From Eledone cirrhosa (lineage: Eukaryota), in NCBI GenBank assembly GCA_964016885.1, contig OZ024741.1, positions 155,682,001-155,746,000 of the forward strand: a stretch of DNA of 64,000 nucleotides, read 5' to 3'. This document shows, one piece after another, positions 1 through 13,194 of the stretch. A model generated the notes under the pieces. The model saw nothing but the letters and a program-made list of their open reading frames with translations, was not told the DNA's origin and did no database searches. A program made the position numbers and the translations under genes. Each line of letters begins with the position of its first letter. Within the stretch, counting starts at the first letter, position 1.

Positions 1-2582
1 TAAATAGATTGTTTGCCAGAGATCCTAAATCAGTTTATCGCAGCTTCGGTGGCAAAAGCTCAATCCCTGTAAACGACACCCCTTCAAAAGAACAGGTTGA
101 GAGCTACTGGAGATCTGTATGGGAAACGGATGACGGATTCAACAGACAAGCTAATTGGCTAAAATAACTGGAACAGGACTACTGCCAACATGTCCAGACA
201 AAACAATATGACATAGATGGGTCAATACTGGAAACAGCTCTACAGAAAATGTCGAATAGGAAATCGCCAGACCTCATTACAGGATACTGGTTGAAGAATT
301 TCACTTTCTATCGGCAAGATCTCATACGGCTGTTTACAGAAACCATTAAAGGCACACAAGAACTGCCCAGATGGTTATCAACTGCCACTACTCTGCTCAT
401 TCCCTAAAATAGCCAAACCACCCTTGCTAAAAATTACCGCCCAATTGCCTGCCAAAACATCATGTATAAATTATATACTGGGTGCCTTAACCTGTTCTTA
501 CAGGATCACTGTGCTACCAACAACATCATAACACCTGAGCAAGCTGGTGGAAAGAGGGAGGTGTGGGGTTGCATAGATCACCTACTAACTAACAAAATGA
601 TTCAGGAAAAAATAACAAAGAATCGCAGAAACATGACTGTGGTGTGGCTGGACTATCAAAAAGCATTTGATAGTGTACCTCATGGGTGGATTATTAAGGC
701 TTTACAGTTAGCTAAAGTCGCACAACCATTGGTAGCTGCTGTTGAACGCCTGACCAAGAACTGGTACACCAATTTGATCCTTAGAGGTGAGAGCAGGTTA
801 AGACTGATAAGAGAGCAGGTTAAGACTGATAAGATACATTACCAGAAGGGTATCTTTCAGGGTGATAGCTTGTCAGTGCTACTCTTCGTTATCTCACTGA
901 ATCCACTATCTTACCTACTCAGGAAACTAGGTGGAAAAAGAAGTTGGCCCAGAAGTATCTCCCATCTTTTCTTTGTTGATGACCTGAAGTTGTATGGGCA
1001 AAATATCAATGACATCAAGAAACAATTGGACCTCATTACACAATTTTCAACCCAAATCAAAATGAAATTTGGTGAGTCCAAGTGTGCATATTTGGCAGTA
1101 AAACGTGAAGAGCTGTCCCTCCTCTAGAAATCTAGAGATGAACGGCCTGACAATACAACCTCTGTAGTCAGGTGACAACTACAGATATCTTGAACAGGAT
1201 GAGAATGTCAGATATGATGGACCCATAAATAAGGAGAGAACCAGAACTGAATACCTCAGAAGAGTAAAGAAAATATGGTCATCAGAACTGTCAGCATACA
1301 ACAAATACATTGCCCACAATACTTATGCAGTGCCAATTCTAACGCCAACATTTGGTCTGCTGAACTGGTCTTTGCAAGAACTAAGTGAGATGGATGTTAG
1401 AACTCGAAAACTTCTCAGTGTTACTGGGAACTTTAAAATCAATGGTGATGTGGATAGGCTATACTTCTCACGCAAGGAAGATGGCGGGGTCTAAAATCAA
1501 TATTAACAACATATGAGACCCGGATAGTAACACTGAAGCAACACCTTCAACAGAGGAAAAAGGTTGGCTACCATCTTGCCCAGGTTTATGAGCATGAACA
1601 AAAAAATATCATTAGAATAGCGACTGATCTGGAGGAGAGATATGGAATAAAGCCTGATATAAATCTCTCACCCAGAGAAATCAGAAGATCCTATTCAATG
1701 TTCAAACAAGTTAAAAAAATTGACCAATTTACAGAAAAAGTTGTGCATGGATACTTGAGGCGTAAAACACATACCATAGAGGGGATAAACCACTCAAAAA
1801 GCCTGGCATGGAGTTCCGACAAGTTTATGACATCACACCTTGAGGGATATCTCTATGCAATACAGGAACAAGAACTCCCTACCAAATATCTGCTGCACAA
1901 AAGAGGAGGGCCAGCAGCTGACAATAAATGTAGGCTATGTAAAACAAAGATCGAGGATGTAAGCCACATTGTTGCCAGCTGCAAAAGAATGTCATCTCGC
2001 TACTACCTCCCCATAAGACACGATGGGATAGCTAAAACCATCTGGAACGTATTTCGGAAAACAAAATTAACAACAAACGAGAAAGAATATATTGAGACAG
2101 ATGGCACTAAGGAATACTGATGGAACCTGAAAATAAAAACTGCCACCAAATTAAAGCACAACCGGCCTGATATTGTTGTTTGGGACCACACATTGAAAAC
2201 GTGTTCTGTTGTGGAGATCAGCTGCCCACTTGAAGTAAACGTTGTCAGAAAAATACAGGAGAAGGAGGACATCTAAGGACCATTGATGAGGAGTTTAAAA
2301 ATCCAGTATCCAAGATACACCTTTAGCTTCATACCCATCATTATTGGAGCTACGGGTTATATACCAACCCGATTGGATCAAAGTATGACTGAACTTGGAT
2401 TTGCGGACAAAAAGTGCAGCTCCCTAATTCATAGTCTACAAATGACTGCGATAGCTGGCACCTTCAAAATTTGCAAAACATTCTTGCGATTCAAAGGATG
2501 ACAATTTCTTTTCTTTTACAACCTTGCCACCAGGAAGGTGGCCGGTCAAAAAAATTATACTCGAAATTAAGAGAAAGAGATA
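1..2582 (+). mobile_element. Decayed R4/Dong-clade non-LTR retrotransposon (RT + CCHC + restriction-like endonuclease), 5' part outside the window
   Basis: ORF pieces 462-1127 (EQAG..GC.DHLL, WLDYQKAFDSVPH, GIFQGDSLS, SHLFFVDDLKLY, KFGESKC), 1698-2120 (CRLC..EDVSHIVASC, RHD), HNRPDIVV/VEISCP near 2160-2230 and 2283-2501. Stops and frameshifts present. Short 3' UTR runs into (CATA)n. Confidence 0.88.
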
Positions 2583-2620
2583 ACATACATACAATCATAC
2601 ATACATACATACATACATAC

Positions 2621-3243
2621 GGTAAACCTTAAGTTTCACGTCGGAAATGAAATTTATTTTCATTTTCGCGTATTTATTTTCATTTTGTGTGTGTTGATAC
2701 AAAAAAATAACATATTGAAACGTTTATTGCACCATATAAATTGCTCCAATGCAGTTTATCATCTCGCCAAACTTATTGGCACCAACTCTCTGCCCTCAAA
2801 GGAATTATGCAATATACGATTAAAATAAAGCAGCGCTGGTACCATGCTGGCGACGAAGCTTCTTCTTTGCACGCATCCACGTGTTCTCTATTAGCTGGGT
2901 GTGGACTTCAGGGTCCGCAGGATCTACAAAGTTTGTCCGTGCACAACAACATCATGAACGTGACCCTCAGAGTAGCGGTTTCATGTGCACGCTTCATTAC
3001 AAACAGGACAATTGACACTGTTTGCCACCAATCGCCATCTCGCCAGCCACTGTAACACAGACAGATTATCACCGTGTATCGCAGGTATAAGAGTAAGAAG
3101 TGTAATATTCTCATTAAGGATGTCATTTGCATCCAAAATATCATCAACTAACGTAGTGCGAGCACGTAGTCGTCCAACCATTTTTTGTATTCAGATAAAC
3201 AAAATATTTTTTAATGAATCGAAAATAAAACTTAAGGTTTACC
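2621..3243 (-). mobile_element. Internally deleted Merlin (IS1595-family) DNA transposon
   Basis: 16-bp TIRs GGTAAACCTTAAGTTT...AAACTTAAGGTTTACC flanked by CATACATAC on both sides. Minus strand carries N-terminal QWLARWRL..CPVC and the ISXO2-type C-terminal HDVVVH/NFVDPADPEVHTQLIENTWMRAKKKLRRQHG; the DDE core is missing. Confidence 0.85.
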
Positions 3244-3980
3244 CATACATACATCCATCCATACATACACACATACATACATACATACACACATACATAC
3301 ATATATACATACATACACACATACATAGATACATACATACATACATACATAGATACATACATAGATACATACCTACGTATATACATACATGCATACATAC
3401 GTGCATACAAACACACACGCACACACACACACACACATATATTAATATGTGTGTGTGTATGTATTATGGTTACAATAATGAGCCTTATTAATCTAAAGCC
3501 TTTTTATTTCAATTAATTCCCAGAAATCATGCTTTAACTATGGTAGTGATATTGGTATAGTTATGCTGCTATATATTACTGGCAACTCCAGCCACTACTA
3601 CTGTTATTTGCTGACCGATTAGCATTTAACGCCATATAATGATACCGGGACCGACTTGAAAATTTAGTCAAAGGACTACTGGCTGATGACAGTTCCCTTG
3701 ACCATAATTTGCTGGTTATAGATTTATTATTAATTGATGATCAGCGGATTTTCCTCAGAATTCGAAACCAACATACACGTGGAATTTTGTATTCCGGTGG
3801 ATTTTTGTGTGATAAAGTGGATGGATACTGGTTGTTTCAATTGATGAAATTGTGATTACTTTATCGTTTTCATGTATATCTGCTAATAAGCTTCTGGCTG
3901 GGAATGCTGTCTTACAATTTTTGGAGCAAATTATAAATAAAAAATCGAAATCATTGAATATCTAAACCCTTATATATTTA

Positions 3981-4025
<45 letters not shown>

Positions 4026-4544
4026 CACACACAAACATAGACAGACTCAGACACACAGACACAGATATACGCACACACACTCACACACACACACACACTC
4101 ACTCACACACATATATATATACATATATTTATACATACACACACGTACATACATACATAAATGCATATTTATACCAATTTTTACTTTCTTTACTTCTGAT
4201 GTGCAGCCAAGCTATATTCATACAAACAAGTATATATTGGGATGGAAAGAGAGGGGGGGAGGGTAGTAGAGCGATTGAACAAGGATGCGAGAAAGTGAGA
4301 AAGATATAGAAAGAAAGAGAGAGAAAGTGGTAAAGAGAGAGAATGAAAGAGGGAGAAAGAAAAAGAGAATGAGATTGAGAAAAAGTGAGAAAGAGAGATC
4401 TGAATATAAGGTCCAAATCTAATTTCGAATATAATACAATGTAATTTTGTTCCATCTCACGTGGATATTCCCAAAAAACTTTCCAGAACTCTTAATTGGA
4501 ATGGTAAATAGACATCACACATGCCATGGAATGTAAATGTGAAA

Positions 4545-4827
4545 GCGCGAGACTTACTGATTAAGGTGTTCACGTTACGATCTTATATTGGTGTGTTCGA
4601 TTCTCGGCGGTGCGTTCTGTTCTTAGATGGAAAAAATCTGTTGTATCTGTAATTCAAAGAGCCAGTCGTAGTCACACACTGCTTCACACTGATCACACTG
4701 AATCTTTCTGAGGGACGTGCCTGCGGAATGCTCGGTCACTTGCACGACGTTAATTTCATGAGCACTCTGTTCCGTCGATCGAATAACTGGAACACCCGCC
4801 TTCAGAACCGGCAGAATTTTCAACACT

Positions 4828-4830
<3 letters not shown>
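4545..4830 (+). mobile_element. tRNA-derived SINE, family B
   Basis: GTTCGATTC B-box-like motif; body CACTTGCAC..GTTAATTTCA..GAGCA..CTGTTC shared with 14150-14460, 20048-20365 and 27075-27245 (-). Confidence 0.6.
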
Positions 4831-4900
<70 letters not shown>

Positions 4901-4903
<3 letters not shown>

Positions 4904-5078
4904 AAGAGTCAGGACCCCTAAGGCAGAGCTCAACCCGTTTCGACGGGTATTTCTGGACTATGTCTTGAGCTCTGCCGTCGGGGTCCTGACTATTTTCCAA
5001 TTACCCACTCTACTACCCAAAGTATCGAGTACTCTGGTGCGTTACGGTCCACCTGGTTCCTTACCACACTTCATTCGT

Positions 5079-5080
<2 letters not shown>
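4901..5080. mobile_element. (AT)n-inserted non-coding element, family X, short inverted arm plus sense arm
   Basis: AGTCAGGACCCC..GGCAGAGCTCAA is inverted against TTGAGCTCTGCCGTCGGGGTCCTGACT. Same family at 26000-26406, 33628-33750, 40972-41090 and 53866-53913. Confidence 0.75.
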
Positions 5081-5104
<24 letters not shown>

Positions 5105-5109
<5 letters not shown>

Positions 5110-5262
5110 GAATGTATATATAGTGTATTTGGCAATACAGTGTATGCTTAATTAAAAGCATTTTGAAGTCACTACTTTAAAACAATAACGTAAGGTCTTC
5201 AAAATGCTTTTAATTAAGCATACAGTGTATTGCCAAATATACTATATATACATTCATATATA
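5105..5262. repeat. Foldback insertion, about 65-bp arms with a 28-bp spacer
   Basis: TAGTGTATTTGGCAATACAGTGTATGCTTAATTAAAAGCATTTTGAAG and its reverse complement. A colinear copy of the family lies at 12935-13080. Confidence 0.75.
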
Positions 5263-5293
5263 CATTGCTATTTCTGAGCACCAATTCTAATTT

Positions 5294-5355
<62 letters not shown>

Positions 5356-5669
5356 CATTTACGAAAACAGAATTACGAAAACAGAAACAAATTCAAGGTA
5401 CGTCCAATATTCTATCATATATCTCAACACATATCCCAAGAAATGCGGAAGCATGCAACTTTATTCACAAGAGCATCCCACCATTGAAACAAGACCCAAG
5501 AATGAAAAAAGCACTTGAAACACACAAAATAATCGAAAGCAAAAGACAACCGAAATCACTAAAAACATTACTCACCCATGCCAAATTACCTACTACAAAC
5601 CCACAACCAAGTGTCAAAAAATGTGGTCGCTCTAATTGTGGAACTTGCACTCACCTCATTTAAGGCACC

Positions 5670-6011
5670 ATGTATACATTTCAATCAGGACACAATTTTG
5701 TTGTAAAAAATCACTTCACTTGCTCATCAAAAAATTTAATTTATGCCATTAAATGTAAAGGATGCAATGAAGATTATATAGGGCAAACTAAACTCAGAGT
5801 AAGAAATAGAATTCATCGCCAACAATTACGAGACCCCACCACAAGACAGATACCACTCAGTGCACATCTAGACATATGCGCAAGCGATAAGACACCCAAA
5901 TTCCAAGTCCTCCCACTTCATCTTTGTGCTGACAATACAACAGACCAAATACGAATAAATAAGGAAAATATGTTTATTCAAAAATATAGACTAGCATTAA
6001 ATATAGTTTAA
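5670..6011 (+). pseudogene. GIY-YIG endonuclease domain of PLE P1
   Basis: LIYAIKC..C..YIGQT motif, conserved R, E and C-terminal LN. Confidence 0.85.
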
Positions 6012-7064
6012 TAAACGTCACTATGATGTTAACACCATAACATGCTAACCATTCAAACACACATAACACCCTCTTCTATATTCGAAAATAAAAACCAGAG
6101 CTAAATACACCTTAACATACGTTAATACTCTAACACCTTAACATGCTAACCATACCCCCTACACCCATACACACACAAATAACTCCCTCCCCCATTTTAC
6201 TAATGGAATCTTTTTCCTACACACACATACACACACGCACACACACAAATATATATTCTCTCCATCTTAACATGCTAACCATACTCCCAAACACACATAG
6301 ACATAACACCCACACACACATAACTCCCTCCCACATTTCTACTAATGGAATCATTTTCCTACACACACACATCAGCACACAAATAAAAATACATATCTCT
6401 ATTTTCTTTATTTCAATAGAAAGTCTGAATTTTGACACCTCAGCACATCAGCCAAACTCACTGAATCAGGACAATTCTCCCCATCCCCCTTTTCTTGACC
6501 ATTATCTTTTGTTTGGAACAAAACTCTCTAAACGGCTAGAAATAACCCCCAAATACGAACTGGCTCGAAATTTAATGTACTTATTCACGTGACAGTCATA
6601 ACCAATCAAATTACATTTATAAAAAAGCAACTTTTTTTAGCAACATTTTAAAGTGAAAAGAACACCCAAACACGAACTGGGGCGAAAAGTTGATGTGCTT
6701 ATTCACGTGACTGCATCAACCAACCAAATTTCACTCAAATACAATACAATATGAACTCAATAACGCGAACTGGCGCGAAATGTATTATACTTATTCACGT
6801 GACAGTCATCACCCAACCGAATTACTTTTCCAAAAATCCTAGCATTTTCTTTTTTATTTGAATTTTGCAAAGCCGGCCATTTATCGCTCGTATACAGGAA
6901 ACTGAGTGGTCAGTCTGCTGATATGCAAATCTGGCTGATCAGTAGATCTGCTAATATACAGATCTGACTGATCGGCCAGTCTGCTAATATGCAAATCAGG
7001 CCGATCATACACTGTGTATTTTTGAAAATAGCATATATTTTCACTAGCTCTGACAGTTTGGAAG

Positions 7065-7130
7065 GTGAACAGTGAGCTGTACTGATGAAGGGTGATGCCC
7101 AGAAATATTAGTGACTGCAGTTCTGTTCAC
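7065..7130 (+). ncRNA. Minimal type-I hammerhead ribozyme motif in PLE P1
   Basis: CTGATGA-aGGGtgatgCCCa-GAAA-tatTA, enclosed by an imperfect stem GTGAACAG...CTGTTCAC. Confidence 0.6.
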
Positions 7131-7331
7131 ATGCCAACACAAGAGCAAGAATGAAGTATTCATTCTACTGACAATAAAATTGAGGCTTGTTTGCATAATT
7201 GCAAACGAATCGAATGTTATTAATATTCGAAAAACTCAGATTACATTTATATATATATATATATATAATCTGAGTTTTTCGAATATTAATAATAATAATA
7301 TTCGATTCGTTTGCAATTACGCAAACAGCCT

Positions 7332-7399
<68 letters not shown>

Positions 7400-7400
<1 letters not shown>

Positions 7401-7650
7401 TTGAGTGAGTGTGAAAAACCAAAGATCATTTTTGAAAGTCTCTGGATTTCGAAAAATACATAATATTTTTGTTAGAGAAAAGATATTTTTGCGCAAAAAA
7501 TATGATATTTGATTGCAGTTTTGTTTCCACTTCTGTAATCTTTGAAAATATTATTTATTTATTATAAAAATTAAATGATAGCATTCTATATGTAGGTGAG
7601 CGCCTCCATCTCCTGGCAACCAATATTTTTGGACTCGGTTCGCCACTGTA
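7400..7650. repeat. Unclassified interspersed repeat abutting (AT)n; second copy at 10265-10506
   Basis: About 230 bp of clear similarity (TTGAGTGAGTGTGAAA...CCTGGCAACCAATATT). Confidence 0.6.
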
Positions 7651-7889
7651 TATATATATAATGCCAATCATTTAAGTTTGAATCTAACTGACATGCAAAA
7701 ACATATATATATGAATAAGGTAAGCTCCAATAATAGTACATTCAAATATCACAGAGAGAAAGACAGAAAAGGGGAGGTGGGGAGGGAATGAGGTGTAACA
7801 GAAATGAAACATGGATTACAGGTTAAAATATAGTGTAGAATCTGGACTATATTTAGATGACAAACAAAATGAGGATGTAGTTTATGAAA

Positions 7890-8345
7890 GACCCAAATGA
7901 TTTAGAAGTCAACCTTAGGTGGAAGCAATAACATTAAGAAAGGCATGAACGACACCACATCATTTTGTATTGAACATTTTGAAAGTAGGTTCATAATTAT
8001 GAATTTTCAGTAGATTTTCGTAGCTGTCTCAGTGGTAGCTACTAGAGACGGTGGAGTTCCTAGTATTGGGTTCAATCCTGGTCGAGAGGTACATGTAATC
8101 TTTTTCAGCTTTTATTTTACAACCTATAGAAAAAAACTGAAAAGGTTTACTCGTAGCTCTACTCCCGACCAGGAACGAACTTCAGACCAGGATCACCACC
8201 GTCTGTGGTTCCTCCAGCTAGGCCAAAACTATAATGAAAATTAATAATTATAAACTTACTTTCAAAATCAAAGTTAAAAGGTTGTGGTGTCGTTCATTCC
8301 TTTCCTAGAGTTATTAGTCATATTTAGGGTCGACATGTCAATCTT
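7890..8345. repeat. Old degenerate foldback of a SINE-like sequence
   Basis: GAAAGGCATGAACGACACCACA versus TGTGGTGTCGTTCATTCCTTTC; GTTCAATCCTGGTCG versus CGACCAGGAACGAAC. Confidence 0.5.
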
Positions 8346-8429
8346 CTAGCTCTTTGGTAAGAACCTTATTATCCCTATGTGTGTTTAACTGTTGAATTAA
8401 TTTAATTTGATTATTTTAACAAACAAATA

Positions 8430-8485
<56 letters not shown>

Positions 8486-9209
8486 GGGTTTCCCTCTTCG
8501 GTTTGTTGTTTCCCTTTTTTCGCTATTTTTTCCCCTTTTCCCTTCTGTTATATATATTTTTTCTCTCTATCCATTTTTCCCCAATGACTTCCTTTAGTTA
8601 TTGACGCACTGGGGTTAGATATCTTGTCTTTAATGCGTATAACTATCCATGATCCCCAGCAGACAACTGATGAAGGAAAATTTTCTCCCGTTCGTGCTTA
8701 CCTCTTATTTATAAGTACACCTTATCCAGCAACTACACAGCCTCTATTTCTTCTTATATATATACAGTGGCGGACTGGCCAGGTTACCAGGTTGCCCAAT
8801 GGCAAGTGGTCCCCATGTGGCCCACGGTAGCATTGTAGGGGCCCACAGTAGCATTGCAGGGCCCACTGTAGTATTTTAGGGCCAATGCTTTGCTTTCAAA
8901 AAATACCTGATGTCTAAGAGAAAGAATAAAATAAAAAAAAAAAATAAATAACACAATTAAGCAAAGTATTTGGTCAACCAATTCCCTAGCGAATTAATAG
9001 AAACCAAAATATATGATAGTGCAAATAGCTGGAATCAGTGGTTGTACATTCTACTAAATCTAAAGCTTAGTGTATTCATTCATGCATGCAAACATACATA
9101 TATATAGACACACACACAAGCCTATATATATATATATATATATATATATACTTACACACGAACTACTGACCAAACGATGTTTGCTACCAATGGGTTAAAG
9201 ACGAAAGTG

Positions 9210-9248
<39 letters not shown>

Positions 9249-9284
9249 CACACACACATACATATACATATTATATATGTATAT

Positions 9285-9360
<76 letters not shown>

Positions 9361-9853
9361 TCAATTAGATCCCTAGGGATCTTTGTACGAGTTGAAAATA
9401 TTATGTATACATATATACAAATCCATAAATATATATACATGTACATGCACACATATACACGCAGTCCCATATATATATAGTATAAAGAAAACGAAAAATC
9501 AGTGATGCATCTGGAATTAATTTATTGCGTGTTATAATTGTTTCGCCGACAGGTAGCTCGAGACAGGGTCCCTGTATGGATCTAGCTGATTCTACGGTTG
9601 CAGGTTCTTTCAGACGTGGGTATTTCGTTCGGAGCAAATTTTATCACCCTCTTCCACTCTTGTCATGCCATTGGCTGTTTTTACTCCACGGCATCACAGG
9701 TTCTGGTCAGTATTTACTGCTACACGGGTCATCAGCCATTTTCCGTCCGACACACTTCAATGGAGTCATGCTGGGTTCAGTATCTCACACGTCTGTTCAC
9801 ACTCCAGAGTAAGCACCCACACATACGAATATACACACACTTATACACCCACT

Positions 9854-9949
<96 letters not shown>

Positions 9950-9950
<1 letters not shown>

Positions 9951-10225
9951 TTTGAGTATATGTTGGTTGTATACCAACACCTACTATGCAGATTGAAGCA
10001 CTCGACGAAGTGCGCAGGTTGGTGAAATAACAACCCAACCAGGAACTGGGCATATCAGAGTATTGACAAGGTTATACAACTCAACAACATATGTACTTGT
10101 CTATACCACACTAATTCGGACTGCCTGAAGAGGTCACAGTCAAAGATGGCTGTCACCGAAATATATATAGCAGTAATAAACGAAGCTAAATTTTAAACAT
10201 TTGACTTATTTATTTTATTTTATTT
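9950..10225 (+). mobile_element. Non-coding HHR element, family H1: inverted 3' piece (9950-10025) joined to sense piece
   Basis: Homologous to 56075-56400 (+) and 60783-61113 (-). Bounded by (AT)n. Confidence 0.75.
10120..10174 (+). ncRNA. Minimal type-I hammerhead ribozyme
   Basis: ACTGC-CTGAAGA-GGTcACAGTCAaagaTGGCTGTcACC-GAAA-TATATA-TA-GCAGT: 5-bp stem I, long stem II, palindromic stem III. Confidence 0.8.
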
Positions 10226-10269
<44 letters not shown>

Positions 10270-10644
10270 AGTGAGTGAGTGTGAAAGACCGAAGGTCATT
10301 ATTGAGAGACTCTGGATTTCGCAAAATACATAATATTTTCTATTGGAGAAGGTAAGATATTTTTGCTGAAAACTTTGATTGCACTGTTTTGTTTCCACTT
10401 ACGTATTTTTTTAAAATATTATTTATTCATTATAAAAATTAAATGATAGCATTCTATATGTAGGTGAGCGCCCTTCATATCCTGGCAACCAATATTTCTA
10501 GACCCTGTATGTATGTATGTATGTATGTATGTATGTATGTATGTATGTATGTATGTATGTATGTACATATGTATATACACATATACATGTGTACATACAT
10601 GTAAATACATGTGTTTATATCTATATATATGTATGTGCGCGGGG

Positions 10645-11000
10645 ACAGAAATAATCGGGTTAGATACCCGATCGCGTGGTGAAACCACTGGGACTGAAGG
10701 ACCCCTAGCCTTTGTCAGGGCATTCTCCTAGGAGAAGGCAACTCTGGAAACTAGGATAACTCCGACATAAAATCTGCGGCTCAGTAGTTACCGATGATGT
10801 TGATCTTTTCTTCTTTTCGGGTTATAGCTACTGTCACTCAGAGAGTGGGATTGTCTCAGTGCACAGTCTTTCCTCACTTTAAAAAAATCTTAACGCACAG
10901 GCATTGCACGATATTATTAATTGCTAATTAAATTATTAATAATGTTATATCGTGCAATGGCCATACGCGATAACGAGGGGGCAGTCGTCAGGTATGTATG
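10645..11000 (+). mobile_element. Non-autonomous RTE-like element with (GTAT)n tail
   Basis: CCTAGGAGAAGGCAACTCTG resembles RTE 5' UTRs; shares blocks with the units at 48440-49857. Confidence 0.5.
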
Positions 11001-11747
11001 TAGAGAAAGTGGTGACCAAGGAAACAACGTTTACATTGATCTTCCCATTGCTGATTCTATCTGTGCGTCACGACAACTAGGAGAATAGAGAAAAGTGGAA
11101 TAATGTTTCAAGTGAAAACCAAACATTGTTTTAGGTCAGGAATCGAAGCCATGCTCTGGTTATCGTGATTCTAATACTCTAAACATTATGATGTCTGTAC
11201 AACCGGTTAAAATCGATGAGTGATCGCACCATTAACTTTGTAATAAGCTATCTAGTTAACTGGTGTAAATCACACAAGCTATTATCTAATGTACACAATA
11301 ATCGACTGAAAGCATACTACCTATCATCTTACTTACAAAAAAGGCTGTAAATATAAAATTATTTACATGTAATGACATCATGTTAATCTCAGAAAAGGTT
11401 ATTTTCGTCGTTGTTTTAAATTCATTGATCTTACTTTTTATCAATAGAACACGTTGCAATAAATTTTAAAACAGAAAAAGATTACAATGAGATTTCTGAC
11501 AACAGAGACATGTGCGCGCGCATACACCCACATACACGTACACATACACACACACATAAAATAGAAATTCTGCTCCTCTCTCTTTTCACTCTCTACCTTT
11601 CGATTTCATCCTTTAATGCTCTTTATGTCTTCTGATGAAAGACTAGTGTCCGAAACATAAATATACTTTCGCTACTAAATTAAGCGTTAAACATATATAT
11701 ATTTCTTCATTCTCCTGTGTTGTCTGCTTTCAGTTTCTGCCCACTTT

Positions 11748-11833
<86 letters not shown>

Positions 11834-11999
11834 GCACACACACATGCACTGATATATATATGTATATATATATATATACACATAAATATTATATATATAT
11901 GCGTGTATGTATGAATATACATATATATACATATACATATATATATATATACACGCAAATATTTACTGACTATATCAAAGGCTGGAACAGGTGAAATGT

Positions 12000-12052
<53 letters not shown>

Positions 12053-12324
12053 CGTAAATACATAAATATATAAGAATGAAGAAAAAGGCAGTATTCTGTA
12101 ATTCTATACAATTCCATTAATGAAGTCACTGCTGATATACGCATTTCAATGAAATGAATTAAATTATGTAATTGATTAATTGATATGACCTCGTCAGACA
12201 ACCATTATAGAATTCTTCTTATTGCGATATGTTTCGGGCGAATATTTTTGATGTTATCACATCTCTCTTTCTCTCCCTCTCCGCCTCTCCCTCTCGCTGT
12301 ATATATATAAATATATATATATAT

Positions 12325-12901
12325 ATCACGATAGATTAACGGAGCCATAGACTCTCGCTATTCCCTGTCAATAATGTGCTCAAAGGAGAAGGAATCTTCT
12401 GCTCTTTAAAATACAATATGTTGAAAAGGTAACACACTAGAGAGAAAGATAGTGCGCTATCAATAAAACAGTGCTTCATTTTCTAGCAGCTTGTCCCTCA
12501 AACACCACTGGTTCCCTGCTCTAAACACGCTGTGACTTCTCTCTCCCTCATGTAGCTGGACGGTTGCTTTAAATTATCTTTGCTGTCTGAAATGTATGGC
12601 CTTACACAAGCTGATGAACCATGGGCTATTTATTTCTGTCAACAAATTATTGGCGAAACAGATCTCTTTGGATGTGTACGTGTGTGTTATATAGTTATAG
12701 AGGTTTGTATATACACTTTAATTTATATTTTTAATTACCGTGTGTCTACCCTGCCTTTCATAGGTTATAGATTCCATACACTGGTGGTTTTTCCCTGTTT
12801 TATTGATGGCGCACTATCTCTCTCTAGTGTGTTACCTTTTCAATATATTGTATTTTAAAGAGCTCAGGATTCCTTCTCCTTTGAGCACATTATTGACAGG
12901 G
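12325..12901 (+). mobile_element. Non-coding inverted-arm element with HHR motif
   Basis: Arms 12363-12470 and 12793-12901 are reverse complements. CAAG-CTGATGA-aCCA...TGGc-GAAA-CAGATC-TC-TTTG at 12607-12670. (AT)n on both flanks. Confidence 0.7.
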
Positions 12902-13077
12902 TATATATATATATATATCTATATATATATATATAAATGTATATATAGTGTATTTTGCAATACAATGTATGCTTAATTAATAGCATTTTGAAGACCTTAC
13001 GTTATTGTTTTGAAGTAGTGACAATGTCACTTTCTTCAATTTTCAGCAAACAAGGGGAGATAAGCTGATAGAGCTCT

Positions 13078-13194
<117 letters not shown>

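Larger units (their letters stand above)
5350..7335 (+). mobile_element. 5'-truncated Penelope-like element (Neptune-type Cys linker + GIY-YIG endonuclease) with long 3' region, family P1
   Basis: KCGRSNCGTC..FTCSSKNLIYAIKCKGCNEDYIGQT..R..RIH..KE..FIQKY..LN, with one in-frame stop near 5661. HHR at 7065-7130. Flanked by (AT)n. Confidence 0.85.

Noticed and set aside
3676-3783. CTGATGA...GAAACCAAC as a hammerhead
   Set aside because: Stem I and stem III cannot be formed convincingly; possibly a decayed motif.
8765-8870. CAGTGGCGGACTGG as a hAT TIR
   Set aside because: No downstream partner found; the similar CGCCACTG at about 7641 faces the wrong way to enclose an element.
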